A program made the position numbers and the translations under genes. From Cetorhinus maximus (lineage: Eukaryota), in the NCBI RefSeq assembly GCF_964194155.1, contig NC_135892.1, forward strand, positions 10,106,001 through 10,170,000: a stretch of 64,000 nucleotides of DNA, in the 5' to 3' direction. The notes under the pieces are model-generated. The model ran no database searches and had not been told where the DNA came from. It saw nothing but the letters and a program-made list of their open reading frames with translations. Below are positions 11,251 to 23,630 of the stretch, in pieces; positions within the stretch are counted from its first letter, which is position 1, and each line of letters starts with the position of its first letter.

Positions 11251-12206
11251 TATCAGGAGGTTGAGGGGCAGTAGCTCGTCGAAACCTTGTTTTAGCCTCA
11301 TACCCTCAGAAATCCGTGTTCATTCATTTTTAGGAAAGAAGCATGTGCAACATGCTGTTAAGGTGCAGTGTGCATGTGATCGGATGTGTTAGTGATCTGC
11401 TCTTCTTTTCTGCCCTCACTTCTCCCTCCTTGCTGAACACACCACCGACCCACCCCCACCAGTATGCTACATTCCTGCTCTATGCTTTTATGCCTCACTG
11501 AATCATCTTGCAATTCAGAGGCTAGAGCGCTACCAACAGAGCCATGGCCGTCGCTCTGATATAGAAAATGAATTTTTGAAAATGAATTTTGATCTTAAAA
11601 GCTCAGATATTAAATGGAGGGATAGCTACACCAGTTCAATAGACTGAGTTACGGTTGCCAATGCTGGTTTGCCAAAGTCTTGGAGGCCTCGTCATGTGAC
11701 CATCATGCCATATCTGATCACATGACAACTGATTGTATGATATCCAATCTGCTGGCTATTAGAAAATGTTGTTGCAATTTTGCCCCATGCAACTTTAACA
11801 GTACTTGATATAATCGTTGGTAAATGTAATCTTTGTTTCTGATTGCAAAACCCAGACATTGATTACACGGAGGAGTAAATTTGGGTCTAGCACCTGATTT
11901 AATAAAATTGTCTTTCAGAATCAGGCAAACAATGTTGTGATTTAATCAGACTGTGCTATTTCAGTGCTATGGTTAATTTATTTCCTGATATTTAGAGAGG
12001 GATTAATATTCTTGGTCATTTTGTTGATTGTTAAGTGGCTATCAAACCACTTGCGGAGTGCAAAATAAGTCCTAAGTTGAGCCTTGAATGGCCAATTTCT
12101 GCTTGTATGATTGGAGAAATCCTGTAGTCAGAACTACAGATCAGTCAGCTTAATACAGGGAAAAATAATTGAATCCTTACGAAAGGAGCAATAGAAAAAC
12201 ATCTAG

Positions 12207-13502
12207 GGCCCAGAATTTCTGATCTCAAGGTCATACCCCAGAGGCACCCCGGAAGATGCACTGGGGGGACCCCTTGAAGTCCTCATGCAAGGACTGCACA
12301 GCAATTGCCTGGGAAGTTTAAACTTCCGATGCAGAATCACTCTGCACCTGGATCCATCCGATACTCCGATTTAAATCAGAGACTCTCTTAGTAGAATATT
12401 TACCTATGAAAAGTTAGACAAAACCACTCGTATCTCCCGGGTAACTATACTACTGAAACCCCCCCCCCAACCTCCCAGTGGACCTCCTGACTACTCACCT
12501 GACCACCATCCCATCCGCCGACCATCCACTAACCCCCGACTACCCTCCTGACACCCACGACTACCCCCAAAATAGCCCCCAATAACCCCCTGACAACCTC
12601 CCAACCCCCTCCAACAACCCTCCTAGCCCCCAGCCACCCTCTCAACCCCTGACCAGCACCCGACTACCCTCCCGACCCACCCCGACTACCCTCCTGACCT
12701 GTCCCAACTACCTCCCCAACCCCCAATACCCTCCACTAGCCCCCACCATGCCCCCAACTATCCTCTAGACTCCGCCCCCCGAGTACCCTTCTGTCTCCCT
12801 GAATAGCCCACACCTTCCCAATACCCCAGCATCACCCCCACCATCTCCCCGACTGCACCCCCCCCCGACCTCATGTCTACCCTCCCAACACTCCGACTAC
12901 CCTCCCGATCCTCTAACTACTCTTCCCAGCCTTCAACAGCCCACTCCCCGACTAACCCCACCACCCCTGACTAAGCCCAACCCCCCCCCACCTTCACGAA
13001 CCCCCGACTACCCCCCCATCCCCAACCTCTCAACTACCTTCTCTAACCCCCCCATGCCCCACCCCTCTCCACTCCCCTGACCCTCCCGACTGCCAACTGA
13101 CCCACGACTCTCACCTCCAGAGCACCCGACCCCCTGCCACCTTGACTGAGCCCCCTGATCACCTAACCAACCCCCGCCCCTCCGACCCTGACCCCCCCAC
13201 ACACACCGCCCCGGACCAGCCTAACCCTGCACCCATTTACCTTACATACGTACCTTCTCCCTTGCTTCTTAATACGGCTGGGACCTTTCAACTTACCTGG
13301 TTTACAGCAGCTAGTGCCGTAAAAAGAAGTTTCCCTGATACTGCCATCCTGCACTGGAAGGACTCAGGAACTAGGTACGCTGCACATTTCTCAGCAGAGC
13401 CAGATTACAGGTGAGAAATATGCAGCTCCAGATTACAACAAGTAAAAAAGGAGTGGAGTGGCAATCCGACTGTGATTTCCACTCCTCAGAAGTTCTGGCG
13501 CC
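12207..13502. mobile_element. MITE family B copy 1 (Harbinger-like) with C-rich internal minisatellite
   Basis: TIRs GGCCCAGAATTTCTGA...TCAGAAGTTCTGGCGCC; TSD TAG/TAG; inserted in CR1. Confidence 0.85.
12458..13240. repeat. Degenerate C-rich tandem repeat (CCCGACTACCCT-like units)
   Basis: Recurring CCGACTACC motif; G-rich on the minus strand. Confidence 0.8.
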
Positions 13503-13681
13503 TAGAAACCAAAAATGTAATAATGAACAGTCAGCATGGATTTCAAAAGGAAAAGTCTCAATTAACCAGTCTCATTGAATTCTTTGAAGAGATGACAGAG
13601 AGAGTGGATAAGGGTAATGTAGTAGATGGTATTTATCTAGTCTTCCTAAAGGCCTTTGATAAGGTGACACATAATAGATTA

Positions 13682-14025
13682 CAGGTCCCATGTACAAAAT
13701 CTGGCACCCTTAGAACCTAGGTCATGCCGGATTTCAGATTTTTTTGGATTTTGGACAATAAAATCAGGTCGCCTCTCCTAGGCCAAATTCAAGGGCTGGG
13801 CTGGGTCAGGTGGAGCCGAGGTTGTTCAGGTCTACTGGGAGCATAGGAATTCCACGAAGCCGATAACTAGTCGATCACCCCACCGAGAACAAGCTGAATT
13901 GTCCTGGTATTTGGACAATAAGTCCAAATTTCATTGAAATGAATATCAAATGGAATATTTTCAAAAATGTCTGGTTTTTGGACAGTTCCGGTTTGTGGAC
14001 AGCCAGGTTTTGGATGTCTAACCTA
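13682..14025. mobile_element. Tc1/mariner-pogo (Tigger-like) MITE
   Basis: TA TSD on both sides; imperfect TIRs CAGGT..CAAAATCTGGC / GCCAGGTTTTGGA..ACCTA; removing it restores the CR1 frame HNRL-MNKV. Confidence 0.75.
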
Positions 14026-15191
14026 TAATGAATAAGGTCAGAACACGTGGAGTAAGGGGACAGGCAGCAGAATGGATAGCTAGCTGTTTGCAAGACCGAA
14101 AGCAGAAAGTAGAGGTAAAGGGTACAAATCCGTACTGTCAGAAAGTGGAAAGTGGAATCTCACAAGCATCACTGCTCACAATTTATGTTATTGATTTAGA
14201 CTTTGGAATCAAAAACACAGTTTCTAAACTTGTGGATGACACCACATTTGGAGTAGAGGTAGCCTAATGCTGAGGAGGACAGTAGCAAATTACAAAAAGG
14301 CATTATTAAACTTGCAGGATGGGCATATAATTGCCAAATGAATTTAACACAGGTAAGTGTGAGATATTGCATTTTGCAAAGAGTGCAAGCTGCGTATTAT
14401 TTGGAAAATCAGAATTTAATTGTGGTAAAGGAGCAAAGCGATCTGAGAATACAAATACACAGCTCACTAAAAGCAGCAATACAGGTTAATAGGGTATGAG
14501 AAAAAGCAAACCAAAGAAAGCAGAGAATTAAAAATTAGAGACATAATGTTAAACTTCAAACCATAGTTAGTCCCCACTTGGAGTTCTATTCTCTGTGGCG
14601 AATGGAATCCGTCCACAACAGTGAACCATCTCCAAACTCATAACTGAATCTGCAACAATATCTCCCATACAGCAGGATTATTTCTCCAGTAAAATACAGT
14701 GAGTGGAGGATAGTAATATAATATCAACTGTTGATTTCTCCAGCAAAATGCGGTGAGTGGCAGATTCCAGAAAGGTTCATTCCTCTTTGATATTTATCAC
14801 ACATCACCCACGACTACCTCCCACACCTGATTTCGGTAGCTCGCAAAGAACCTGCAGTCCCTTCTCTCTGCTGACCAACCACACCAACTGCTCTTCTTTC
14901 CCTCCCTCTCTTTTTCCTTCTGCCTTAAAAACTGGAGCTTGCAAGTTGATTTACTGTTAGCATAGCTGCCCTTGCCCTTTGTTCCCAGGTGTGAGAACAT
15001 CGCACCTTGCTCAGCCAGTCCTGTCACTAAGCCAGGCTCATCATCAGGCGGAATTCGGAATAGTCACGTGATCCCCTTTTTATTTTCAACCTAAGTTGAA
15101 AGACATAGTGCAAAACATCATAATCTTATAAACCTCATAATTGTAACATGAAAGAGGATTGTCATCCAAGCTGCAAATGGAGAAGACTGCT

Positions 15192-15510
15192 CTTTTTTTA
15201 TTCATTCATGGGATGTGGGCGTCACTTTCCCATTCCTAATTGCCCTTGTTCAGAGGGCGGTTAAGAGTCAACCACATTGCTGTGGGTCTGGAGTCACATG
15301 TAGGCCAGACCAGGTAAGGATGGCAGATTTCCTTCCCTTTCCTTCCCAGATGGGTTTTTACAACAATCAACAATGGTTTCATGATCATCATTAGACTTTT
15401 TTTAATTCCAGATTTTTATTGAATTCAAATTCCACCATCTGCTGTGAGCATTACCCTGGGTCTCTGGATTGCTAGTCCAGTGACAATACCAATATGCTAT
15501 TGCCTCCGCC
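15192..15510 (-). mobile_element. SINE-B (tRNA-like head, LINE-B tail)
   Basis: Homologous to 16127-16465 and 51613-51990; tail GCCCACATCCCATGAATGAATAAAA shared with LINE-B. Confidence 0.75.
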
Positions 15511-16126
15511 ACCTTGTGCACCTACAAGTTACCACTTTGAGTGCAGCAAAGAGGTATGTCATCAGGGCAACCTATTGCACTTTGTGAAAGTAAAAAAGAG
15601 GTAAATCTAAAAAGGAACTCACTTCACCTTTCACAACAGCTGCAGTTTACCAATACCGACCAACCTTTATAGATAAAGAAGGAAAGCGAAAAATCAGATG
15701 TTGGGGGAGAATCAACTTATTTAGATATTCTCATTGATTACCAGTGATGAGCCATTTTGTTGGCAATGAGTGCATTGTACTACACATTTGATTTTAGCTG
15801 GAGATTTGATGTGTTTGTCTGTGTCACTATTGTGAATTTTTTGTTTTTGAAGAATTTATTTTTTATTGCTAAGCTTTTTGTTTCCATAATGTAACTGCAG
15901 CAAGAGACCCACTGGAGGAAAATGCGATCTGTGCTGCAGGGTTGGAAGCAGGTGAGCAGAAATGACCTTGGTTGTACAATTGTCAGTTCTGATCCATGCT
16001 AACTCTCTGTGCTGCTCCAGTGATCCCAGTACCTCATTGATGTGGTCGTTGATCACTTGGGTGCAAGGTCTTGCTTCTAAGATAATAGATCTAGCTTCCC
16101 ACTGATGGTAGCACCATCCATTTGAG

Positions 16127-16465
16127 ACGGTGGCACAGTGGCAACATCACTGGACTAGTAATCCAGAGGCCCAGGCTAATACCCTGGGGGCAGCTGGTGG
16201 AATTTCAGTTCAATTAATAAATCCCAGTAATGGTAACCATGAAACTACCATCAATTGCTGCAAAAAATCATGCCCTTTAGAGAAGGAAATCTGCCATCCT
16301 TACCTGGCCTGGCCTACATGTGACTCCAGACCCACAGTAATGTGCTTGGCTCTTAACAGCCCTCAGAAATGACCTAGCAAGCCACTCAGTTCAAAGGCAA
16401 TTTGGATTGGGCAGCAAATGCTGGCCTTGCCAGTGATGCCCAAATCCCATGAAAGAATATATTTT
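16127..16465 (+). mobile_element. SINE-B
   Basis: GGTGGCACAGTGG head; same body and tail as the other copies. Confidence 0.75.
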
Positions 16466-16894
16466 TAAAAATTACCATCGTACCTTAAGTTTTGATTCTT
16501 GCTGATGGTGATGGTAAGTTCCCTCAGACGCTCAGAACATAACTTTTGGGCCTGTTTATTAAAGAATAACATATTAATATTGATTACAGGATAATTAGCT
16601 CTTCCTGGTAAGGATTGGAAATGACCTTAAGGATGGCTACATATAGTGACCCAGAATACAGATGATTGGTTCATTCCTCTCTCTCCATTCTGGCTGGGAA
16701 CAGTGGTCTTGCTATCTGCACTGCTGTACGTGACTGGGATTGATATTTACGTACAAACTTTGTGTATGATTATCTTTAAATCAGGGGTTGTTGGCAGCAA
16801 TCACCATACGTTCCCAATATTCTGACTCTGAAGTTCTTGAAGTTAAGCCAACTCAAAGTTAACCCTTTAACCACTGAGTCTGGAAGAAAGAAGG

Positions 16895-17286
16895 CAACTT
16901 TTATTCATATAACATGTTTCATGACCTCAGAGCATCCCAATTTACTTTACAGCCAATGAAGTATCTTTCGAAGTGCGCTACTGCTGTAATGAAGGAAACA
17001 CGGTAGCCAATTTGCACACAACAAGCTCCCACTATGAGCACTGTACTAATGACCAGATAATCCGTTCTTGTAATGTTGATTGAGGGATAAAAATTGGGCA
17101 TTACACTGGAGAGAACTTCCATTCTCTTCTTGGAAATAGTGCTATTGGATATTTTACATCAACCATAGAGGGCGGATGGGACCTCAGTTTCACGTCTCAC
17201 CTGAAGGGTGGCACCTCTGACAGTGCAGCCCAGCCACAGTTTAGAATTTTTGTCCTGCAGCTCTGGAGTGGGACTTGAACCCACTT
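16895..17286 (-). mobile_element. SacSINE1-like SINE, body (head displaced to 21311-21352 by a CR1 insertion)
   Basis: Reverse complement of the SINE at 10752; breaks just past the B box; the A-box part is found after the CR1. Confidence 0.75.
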
Positions 17287-17289
17287 AGA

Positions 17290-20200
17290 ATAGGGTCTTC
17301 TGATTTGGTCAGTGGTCAGGGACAGGAGGGTGTGACTGCGAGTGAGACAGGTAAGGAGACCCAGAGGGCAGGAGTGCAGGAGCTTCAGCCTTTGCAATTG
17401 TCCAATAGGTTTGAGGTTCTCTCAGCTTGTTTGGATGAGAGTGGGGGCTGGAGGGTGGATGAGCAAACTGACCATTGCACTGTGGTACAGGAAGCCATTC
17501 AAGTGGGGGGAGCAAAAGGAATACAGTGGTAGGTGGGGACAGTATAGTGAGGGGGATTGACACTGTTCTCTGCAGCAAAGAATGTGAGTACAGCCTGGTG
17601 TCAAAGTTCAGGACATCTGCTCAGAGCTGGAGAGGAACTTGCAGTGGGAGGGGGAGGATCCAGTTGCCACGGTCTGTGTAGGTACCAACAACATGGAGTG
17701 GTGTACATCCCCCCTAGCAGTAATCACACAGTAGGACGGGATATAAAGGAAGAAATAATGTGAGCTTGTCAGAAAGGTATGGATATTATCATGGGAGATT
17801 TTAATCTGCATATAGACTAGGAAAATCAGATGAGCAAAGGTAGCCTAGTTGAGGAATTCATAGAATGTTTTTGGGATAGTTTCTTAGAACAGCATGTTCT
17901 GGCACCAACCAGAGAGCAGGCTATACTAGACTAGACTGTGCAACGAGATAGGATTAATTAATGACCTCATAGCAAAGGCACTCCTAGGTAGCAGCAATCA
18001 TAATATGATTGAATTTTACATTCAGTTTGAGGGAGAGGAGTGGGTCCAAAACTAGTATTTTAAACTTAAATAAGGGCAATTATGAGGGCATGAAAGCACA
18101 GCTGGCTAAAGTGAACTGACAGATTAGGTTTCAGGGATAGGTCAATAGAGATGAAGTAGACATTTAAGGGGATATTTCAGAATATACAGAATAGATGCAT
18201 TCCAATGAGAAAGAAAAATTCCAAAGGGAGGACGCACTATTCATGTTTAACTAAAAAAATTAAAGGTAGTATCAAATAAAAGAAAAACCATATACTTGCG
18301 CAAAGATGGGTGGCAGGTCAGAAGATTGGACAGTGTTACAAACACAGCCGATGTTATTTGCTGAGCAAACCAAATCCTAGAGGGAAACGTGTCTTACTGA
18401 TCATAACGTTTTTTCTGTATTTTGAAAATATGGGGAAAAAGGAAACTGATCCCAGAAGCATAGAATCCCAGTAATACTTTTAGGATTTTAAAAGTAAAAG
18501 ATTCATGAACAAGAAGAGAAAAAAACTTAAGCACATAAAATTAAAGTTACACAGTTAAAACCGTCTTACAAGACATCCCCAAAAAAAACCACTTGGTCAG
18601 AAGGCACAAGTAAACCTCTTGGCAACAACTCCCTTATAGATTTTTAACCATAAAAGTCCAGTAATATTACCCAAAGCAAAACTGCTGTCACATTAGTAAA
18701 GGTATACCACACAACCTCTCACTCTCTTCCACTCTACTATGGAAACCCAAATGAAAGGTTCAGAAACAGACTACTTTCTGAAAACAAAGACTACTCTTGG
18801 CTTGAAAATTCGATGGCTGCTTTAAATTCACAACTTTCACACCTTCTCCCAGCACAGATCTGGTCTCGGGCCAACTTCCCCACACAGCCACACAACTCAA
18901 CTAAACATTTTTCCTTAAATATATTTTTTCCCTTTCATCTTAGATTCCATTGTTCTCAAACACCTCTTTTAACTCAACTTTTCCAAATATAAAAATCTTT
19001 CATCCACTTTCGAGTCAAATAAAATTTAATAACCTTCCCTCGTTTACTTACCAAACCTTTGTAAATTGTGAAAGTTCCTTGTCACGTCTAAACTCCTCTT
19101 TGAAATCCAACAGCTGAAAAGTCAAGCCCCCTATTTACCTCATAATGCAAATTTTACCCAACCTATTTACTTGTAAATCCAACCTGTCATTCCAAATGTA
19201 TGAGCCTAACCTTTACCTTTCATCTCTCAATTCCCACAGACAAGCTGTCTTTTCTCACCCCCTCCACCCCCCCAGTTAATTAATCATGGAGACATACACA
19301 CACTGCCTTCTTTACAGAATACCACCATATTCCCAAAAATATTTTTTAAAATAACACCCATCTTCACAACAGACTATAAGAAACAGCACAGAGTGACCAA
19401 AAGATTGATAAGAAAGGAAAAATTAGAGTACGAGAGAAAGCTCGCTAGAAATATAAAGACAGATAGTGGGAGTTTTTAACTGATGTTTAAAAAAGGAAAG
19501 GATTAACAAAGTGAGCATTGCTCCTATACAAAGCGCATCTGGGGAATTAATAATGGAAAATAAAGAGATGGCAGATGAATTGAACTGGTATTTTGCATCA
19601 GTCTTCACTGTAGAGGGTACAAATAACACCCCAGAAATAGCTGTAAATCAGGAAATGGAAGGGAGGGAGGAACTTGGGAAAATTACAATCACCAGGGATG
19701 CGATTCTGAGCAAATTGTTTGAGCTGCAGGCTGACAAATCCCCAGGTCCTGATGGACTTCATCCTAGGGTCTTAAAAGAAGTGGCTAGTGAGATAGTTGA
19801 TGCGTTGGTTTTAATTTTCCAAAATTCCCTACATTCAGGGAAGGCTCCATTAGATTGGGAAAAAAGCAAATGTAACTCCATTATTCAAAAAGGGAGAGAG
19901 ACAGAAAGCAGAAAACTACAGGCCAGTTAGCTTAACATCTGTCATAGGGAAAATGTTAGTAACGATTATTAAAAGCGTTATAGTAGGACAGTTGGAAAAT
20001 TTCAGGGTAATTGGGCAGAGATACCATGGTTTTGTGAAAGGGAAATCATGGTTTAATCAATTCGTTGGAGTTCTTTGAAGAAGTCACATATGCTGTGGAT
20101 AAAGAGGAACCGGTGGATGTACAGGATTTCCAGAAAGCATTTGATAAGGTGCCACATCAAAGGCTATTGCAAAAAAATAAAAGCTCAAGGTGTAGAGGGT

Positions 20201-21310
20201 TACATATTGGTATGGATAGAAGATTGGTTTGCTAACAGGAAACAGAGGGTAAGCATAAATGGGGTCTTTTTCTGGCTGGCAAGATGTAACAAGTGGTGTG
20301 CCACAGGGATCAGTGCAGAGCCTCAAATTTTTACAACTTATATAAATGACCTGGTGAAGGGACTGAAAGTATGGTTGCTAAAGTTGCTGATGATACAAAA
20401 CCAGGTAGGATAGTAAGATGTGAGGAGCACACAAAGAGGCTGCAAAGGGATATAGATAGGTTAAGTGAGTGGGCAAAGATCTGGCAAATGGAGTATAATG
20501 TGGGAAAGTGGGAAATTGTCCATTTTGGCAGGAAAAATAAAAGGGAAGCATATTATCTAAATGGTGATAGGTTGCAGAGCTCTGAGATGCAGAGGGATCT
20601 AATTGTCCTAGTGGACAAATCGCAAAAAGCTGGTACGCAGGTACAGCAAGTAATTAGGAAAGCTAATAGAATGTTAATATTTATTGCAAGGAGAATCGAA
20701 TATAAAAGTAAGGAGGTTATTCTTCAGTTATGCAGAGCATTGGTGAGATCACATCTGGAGCACTGTGTACAGTATTGGTCACCTTATTTAAGGAAGAATG
20801 TAAATGCATTGGAAGCAGTTCAGTGAAGGTTTACGAAACTAATGCCTGGATTGGGTGGGTTTTCTTATGAGGAAAGGTTGGACAGGTTAGTCTTGTATCC
20901 ACTGGAGCTTAGAAGAGTAAGCGGTGACTTGATTGAAACATATAAGATCCTGAGGGACTTGTTGATTGTGGAGAGGATGTTTCCCCTTATAGAAGAATCT
21001 AGAACTACGGGTCACTGTTTAAAATTAAGGGGCCGCCCATTTAGAACAGAGATGAGGAGAATGTTTTTCCCTCAGAAGGTAGTGAGTCTTTGGAACTATC
21101 TTCCTCAAAAGGTGGTGGAAGCAGAATCTTTGAATATTCTGAAGGCAGGTGTAGGTAGATCCTTGATAAGGGGGTGAAAGATTATCGAGGATAGGCGTGA
21201 ATGTGGAGTTGTGGTTACAGTCAGATCAGCCACGATCTTATTGAACGGCAGAGCAGCTCAAAGGGCCGAGTGGCCTGCTCCTGATCCTAATTCGTATGCT
21301 CATATGTTCC
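17290..21310 (+). mobile_element. Long decayed CR1 LINE: ORF1 esterase remnant, internal deletion, ORF2 endonuclease C-terminus, RT and tail
   Basis: LSNRFEVL, VVGGDSIVRGID and VGTNN (SGNH-type ORF1); GVVYIPP; KSPGPDGLHPRVLKE; KVADDTK; LEHCVQYWSPYL; many stops and frameshifts. Confidence 0.9.
18334..19368. mobile_element. Solo LTR (Gypsy/ERV-type) inserted in CR1
   Basis: TGT...ACA termini; perfect 4-bp TSD ACAG (18330-18333/19369-19372); CR1 resumes after it. Confidence 0.8.
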
Positions 21311-21929
21311 TAACTCAGAGGCCAGAGTACCACCAACTGAGCCATGGCTGAGCCCACTGTAGCAACCAATGAGTGGGAAACTGTGTGGAAATTACAGCAG
21401 ACTATTTTACAGAATACAAAGCTTGTTTACCCTGTTGTTGATTATGCCTCCAGCAAAATGCAGTGAGTGGAAGATAGTTGCAAACAAATCACACGCTTAC
21501 AAACAATCCTCGTCACTTGCAGCAGTGGCATCTCCAGGAATGATTGATGAGGGAATTATCGAATCGTCTCCATTCTTGCTGGGGAGTAATGATGGCTACG
21601 TATATATAGAGCCTGATTTAAATGGTATAATGGATAGATGGTGCCCACACCTCCTTGCACTAACACTGTCGCCAACCATCCAAAATCCAAGTTTGCTGTA
21701 CTTTTGGTTTTCCCTCTATCTGGTTTGTGAACGGGCTTCAGAAAACTTCTAAAGTATAAAGTGGACACCTGAAAAGTTTCATATTTCCAAGTAGCTGGCT
21801 GCTCTTTTTCTCCCACTTCTCAACCTGCTGAAGTTCTGCCACTGATTATTATGTTTTTCAACGAGCTTTCATCTCTAGCAAGGATGAGATCAGAAAGGAG
21901 CCTCTGCTTCCCCCTATCCTTCCGCATCC

Positions 21930-22800
21930 AAAATACTGAGGATGCTGGAAACCCAAAATCAAAACAGAAAATGCTGGAAGAACTCAGCAATTCGACAGCG
22001 CCCGTGGAAAGGGGAGCTCAGTTCTGTCGAAAGGAGCGCAACTGGCAATGTTAACCCTGGGCAGAATCTTCTGGCTGACTTGTGGGTGGCGGAGCCCGCA
22101 CGCCAGCGCTTAAAATGTCGCGCACGTGTCCCGACATCAGTGCGCGGCATTGCGATATTTCGGTCGGCGGGCGCACTATGCAGTGGGACGCGCGCCCACC
22201 ATTAATTAAAGGCCTCGTTAAGGCCCTTAACTTGCCAATCGTCGCCGATTTTGAGGGGCCCGTGCGAACTTCAGCTCGGCGCACGGGACCAACGGGCAGG
22301 CGGGTAGGTGTTTTTTTTTATCAACCTCATCCAGTGGCGGGATGAGGTTTGATAGTGGTTTTAAAAAAGTTTAATAAAGTTTTTGTTTATTTCATTAAGA
22401 TGTCCCATCCCGTGTGACATTTTCACATGAGGGGGATATGTCAACGGATTTTTTATTGTTCTATTCTTTATATTTGCCAGCCTTTCAGCGATCTCCCTGA
22501 GGCAGCACTTAGTCTCGGAGCAGTGCGAGCACTCTGACAGTTGGGGAATCCCTCCACCCCCCCCCTCACACAGGATGTGCATAGGGCTTCCCGTCGGGCG
22601 GCCTGCTGTGCGGGCCTTAATTGGCCCGCCCACTTAAGATGGCGGCAGGGCCCGTTTCAGCAGCGGCGATTGGCTGCCCACCCGCTGCCCAGCCAGTGGG
22701 GCCCGCCCGCCCATCAAGGGCAAAATTCTGCCCCCTGATTCTCTCCCCACTGATGCTGATTGAACAGCTGAGTATTTCCGGCACTTTCCGTTTTTATCCA
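21930..22800. mobile_element. Mini Penelope-derived palindromic element interrupted by MITE A copy 3
   Basis: Inverted PLE terminal-repeat arms; GTTAACCCT|GATTCTCTCCCCAC junction spans the MITE. Confidence 0.7.
22059..22733. mobile_element. MITE family A copy 3 (opposite orientation)
   Basis: TIRs GGGCAGAATCTT...AAAATTCTGCCC; TSD CCT/CCT. Confidence 0.85.
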
Positions 22801-23504
22801 TTCCCCTTATGAGGATCTGGGTTGGAGACTTTCCAATATTCAGTCACCTGTGTGTCCCATACCAATAACATGTCTCAACAAACCTTATATAGGTCATAAA
22901 CTATAATAATAAACTGGATCATTGTGTTATTGAAGCAAATGATTAACCAGTTTTTAATCAGACTGTCAATGTTTTCACCCATTAAAATGAATGCCCCATA
23001 ATACAAAAGATTGTTGTAATGTTGTAAATTTAATTGAAGTTAAATAGTTTGAAATTTACAAACCACTTCATTCTTCTGCTAGGTAGTAATACATTAAACT
23101 TTAACTAGCTAATTCTGTGCTCCGTCTTTACCCTTCTATAATAGTGAGATTAAATCAGCAAATAAATTGTAGAGGTCATAGAAAATTTCTGTGTAAGTAG
23201 CTGAAGTGGGCCAGGAGCTTCTGGAACAGTCATCAACTGTCCTGGCATTTGATAATAAATTGTTTAGTTCATCAAAAATCTAACTCTGGATTTAATGAAA
23301 AAGGTTAAATGCAAATAATGGGTAGAATAAGCCATTAAAACCAAAATTTAGAATATTTATATGTGCAGTTAAATGCTGGCTTTCATATCTAATAAATTTA
23401 GGAAATCAAGTAGAAATATAAGTAGCTGTTTGTTTAATATTTCCAAAACTACAGAGACAGTAGTACATAAAGTAACACGCTTCTTGCATAGTAGTCTTAA
23501 TTTT

Positions 23505-23630
23505 ATTTTATTTGTTCACGGGATGTGGGTGTCACTGGCAAGGCCAACATTTGTTGCCCATCCCTTGAGAAATGTTAAGAATCAGCCACATGCTGTGGGC
23601 CTGGTGTCATGTGTAGGCCAGACCAGGTAC
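23505..23630 (-). mobile_element. SINE-B 3' fragment
   Basis: GGGATGTGGGTGTCACTGGCAAGGCC tail and body. Confidence 0.65.

Larger units (their letters stand above)
12030..14600 (+). mobile_element. CR1 ORF2 fragment split by two DNA transposons
   Basis: Peptide continues across both inserts: AIEKHL|ETKNVIMNSQHGFQK...KAFDKVTHNRL|MNKVRTRGVRG. Confidence 0.85.

Noticed and set aside
12458-13240. Telomere-like or CRISPR-like array
   Set aside because: No (CCCTAA)n and no constant repeat with unique spacers; a degenerate minisatellite inside a MITE in a eukaryotic genome.
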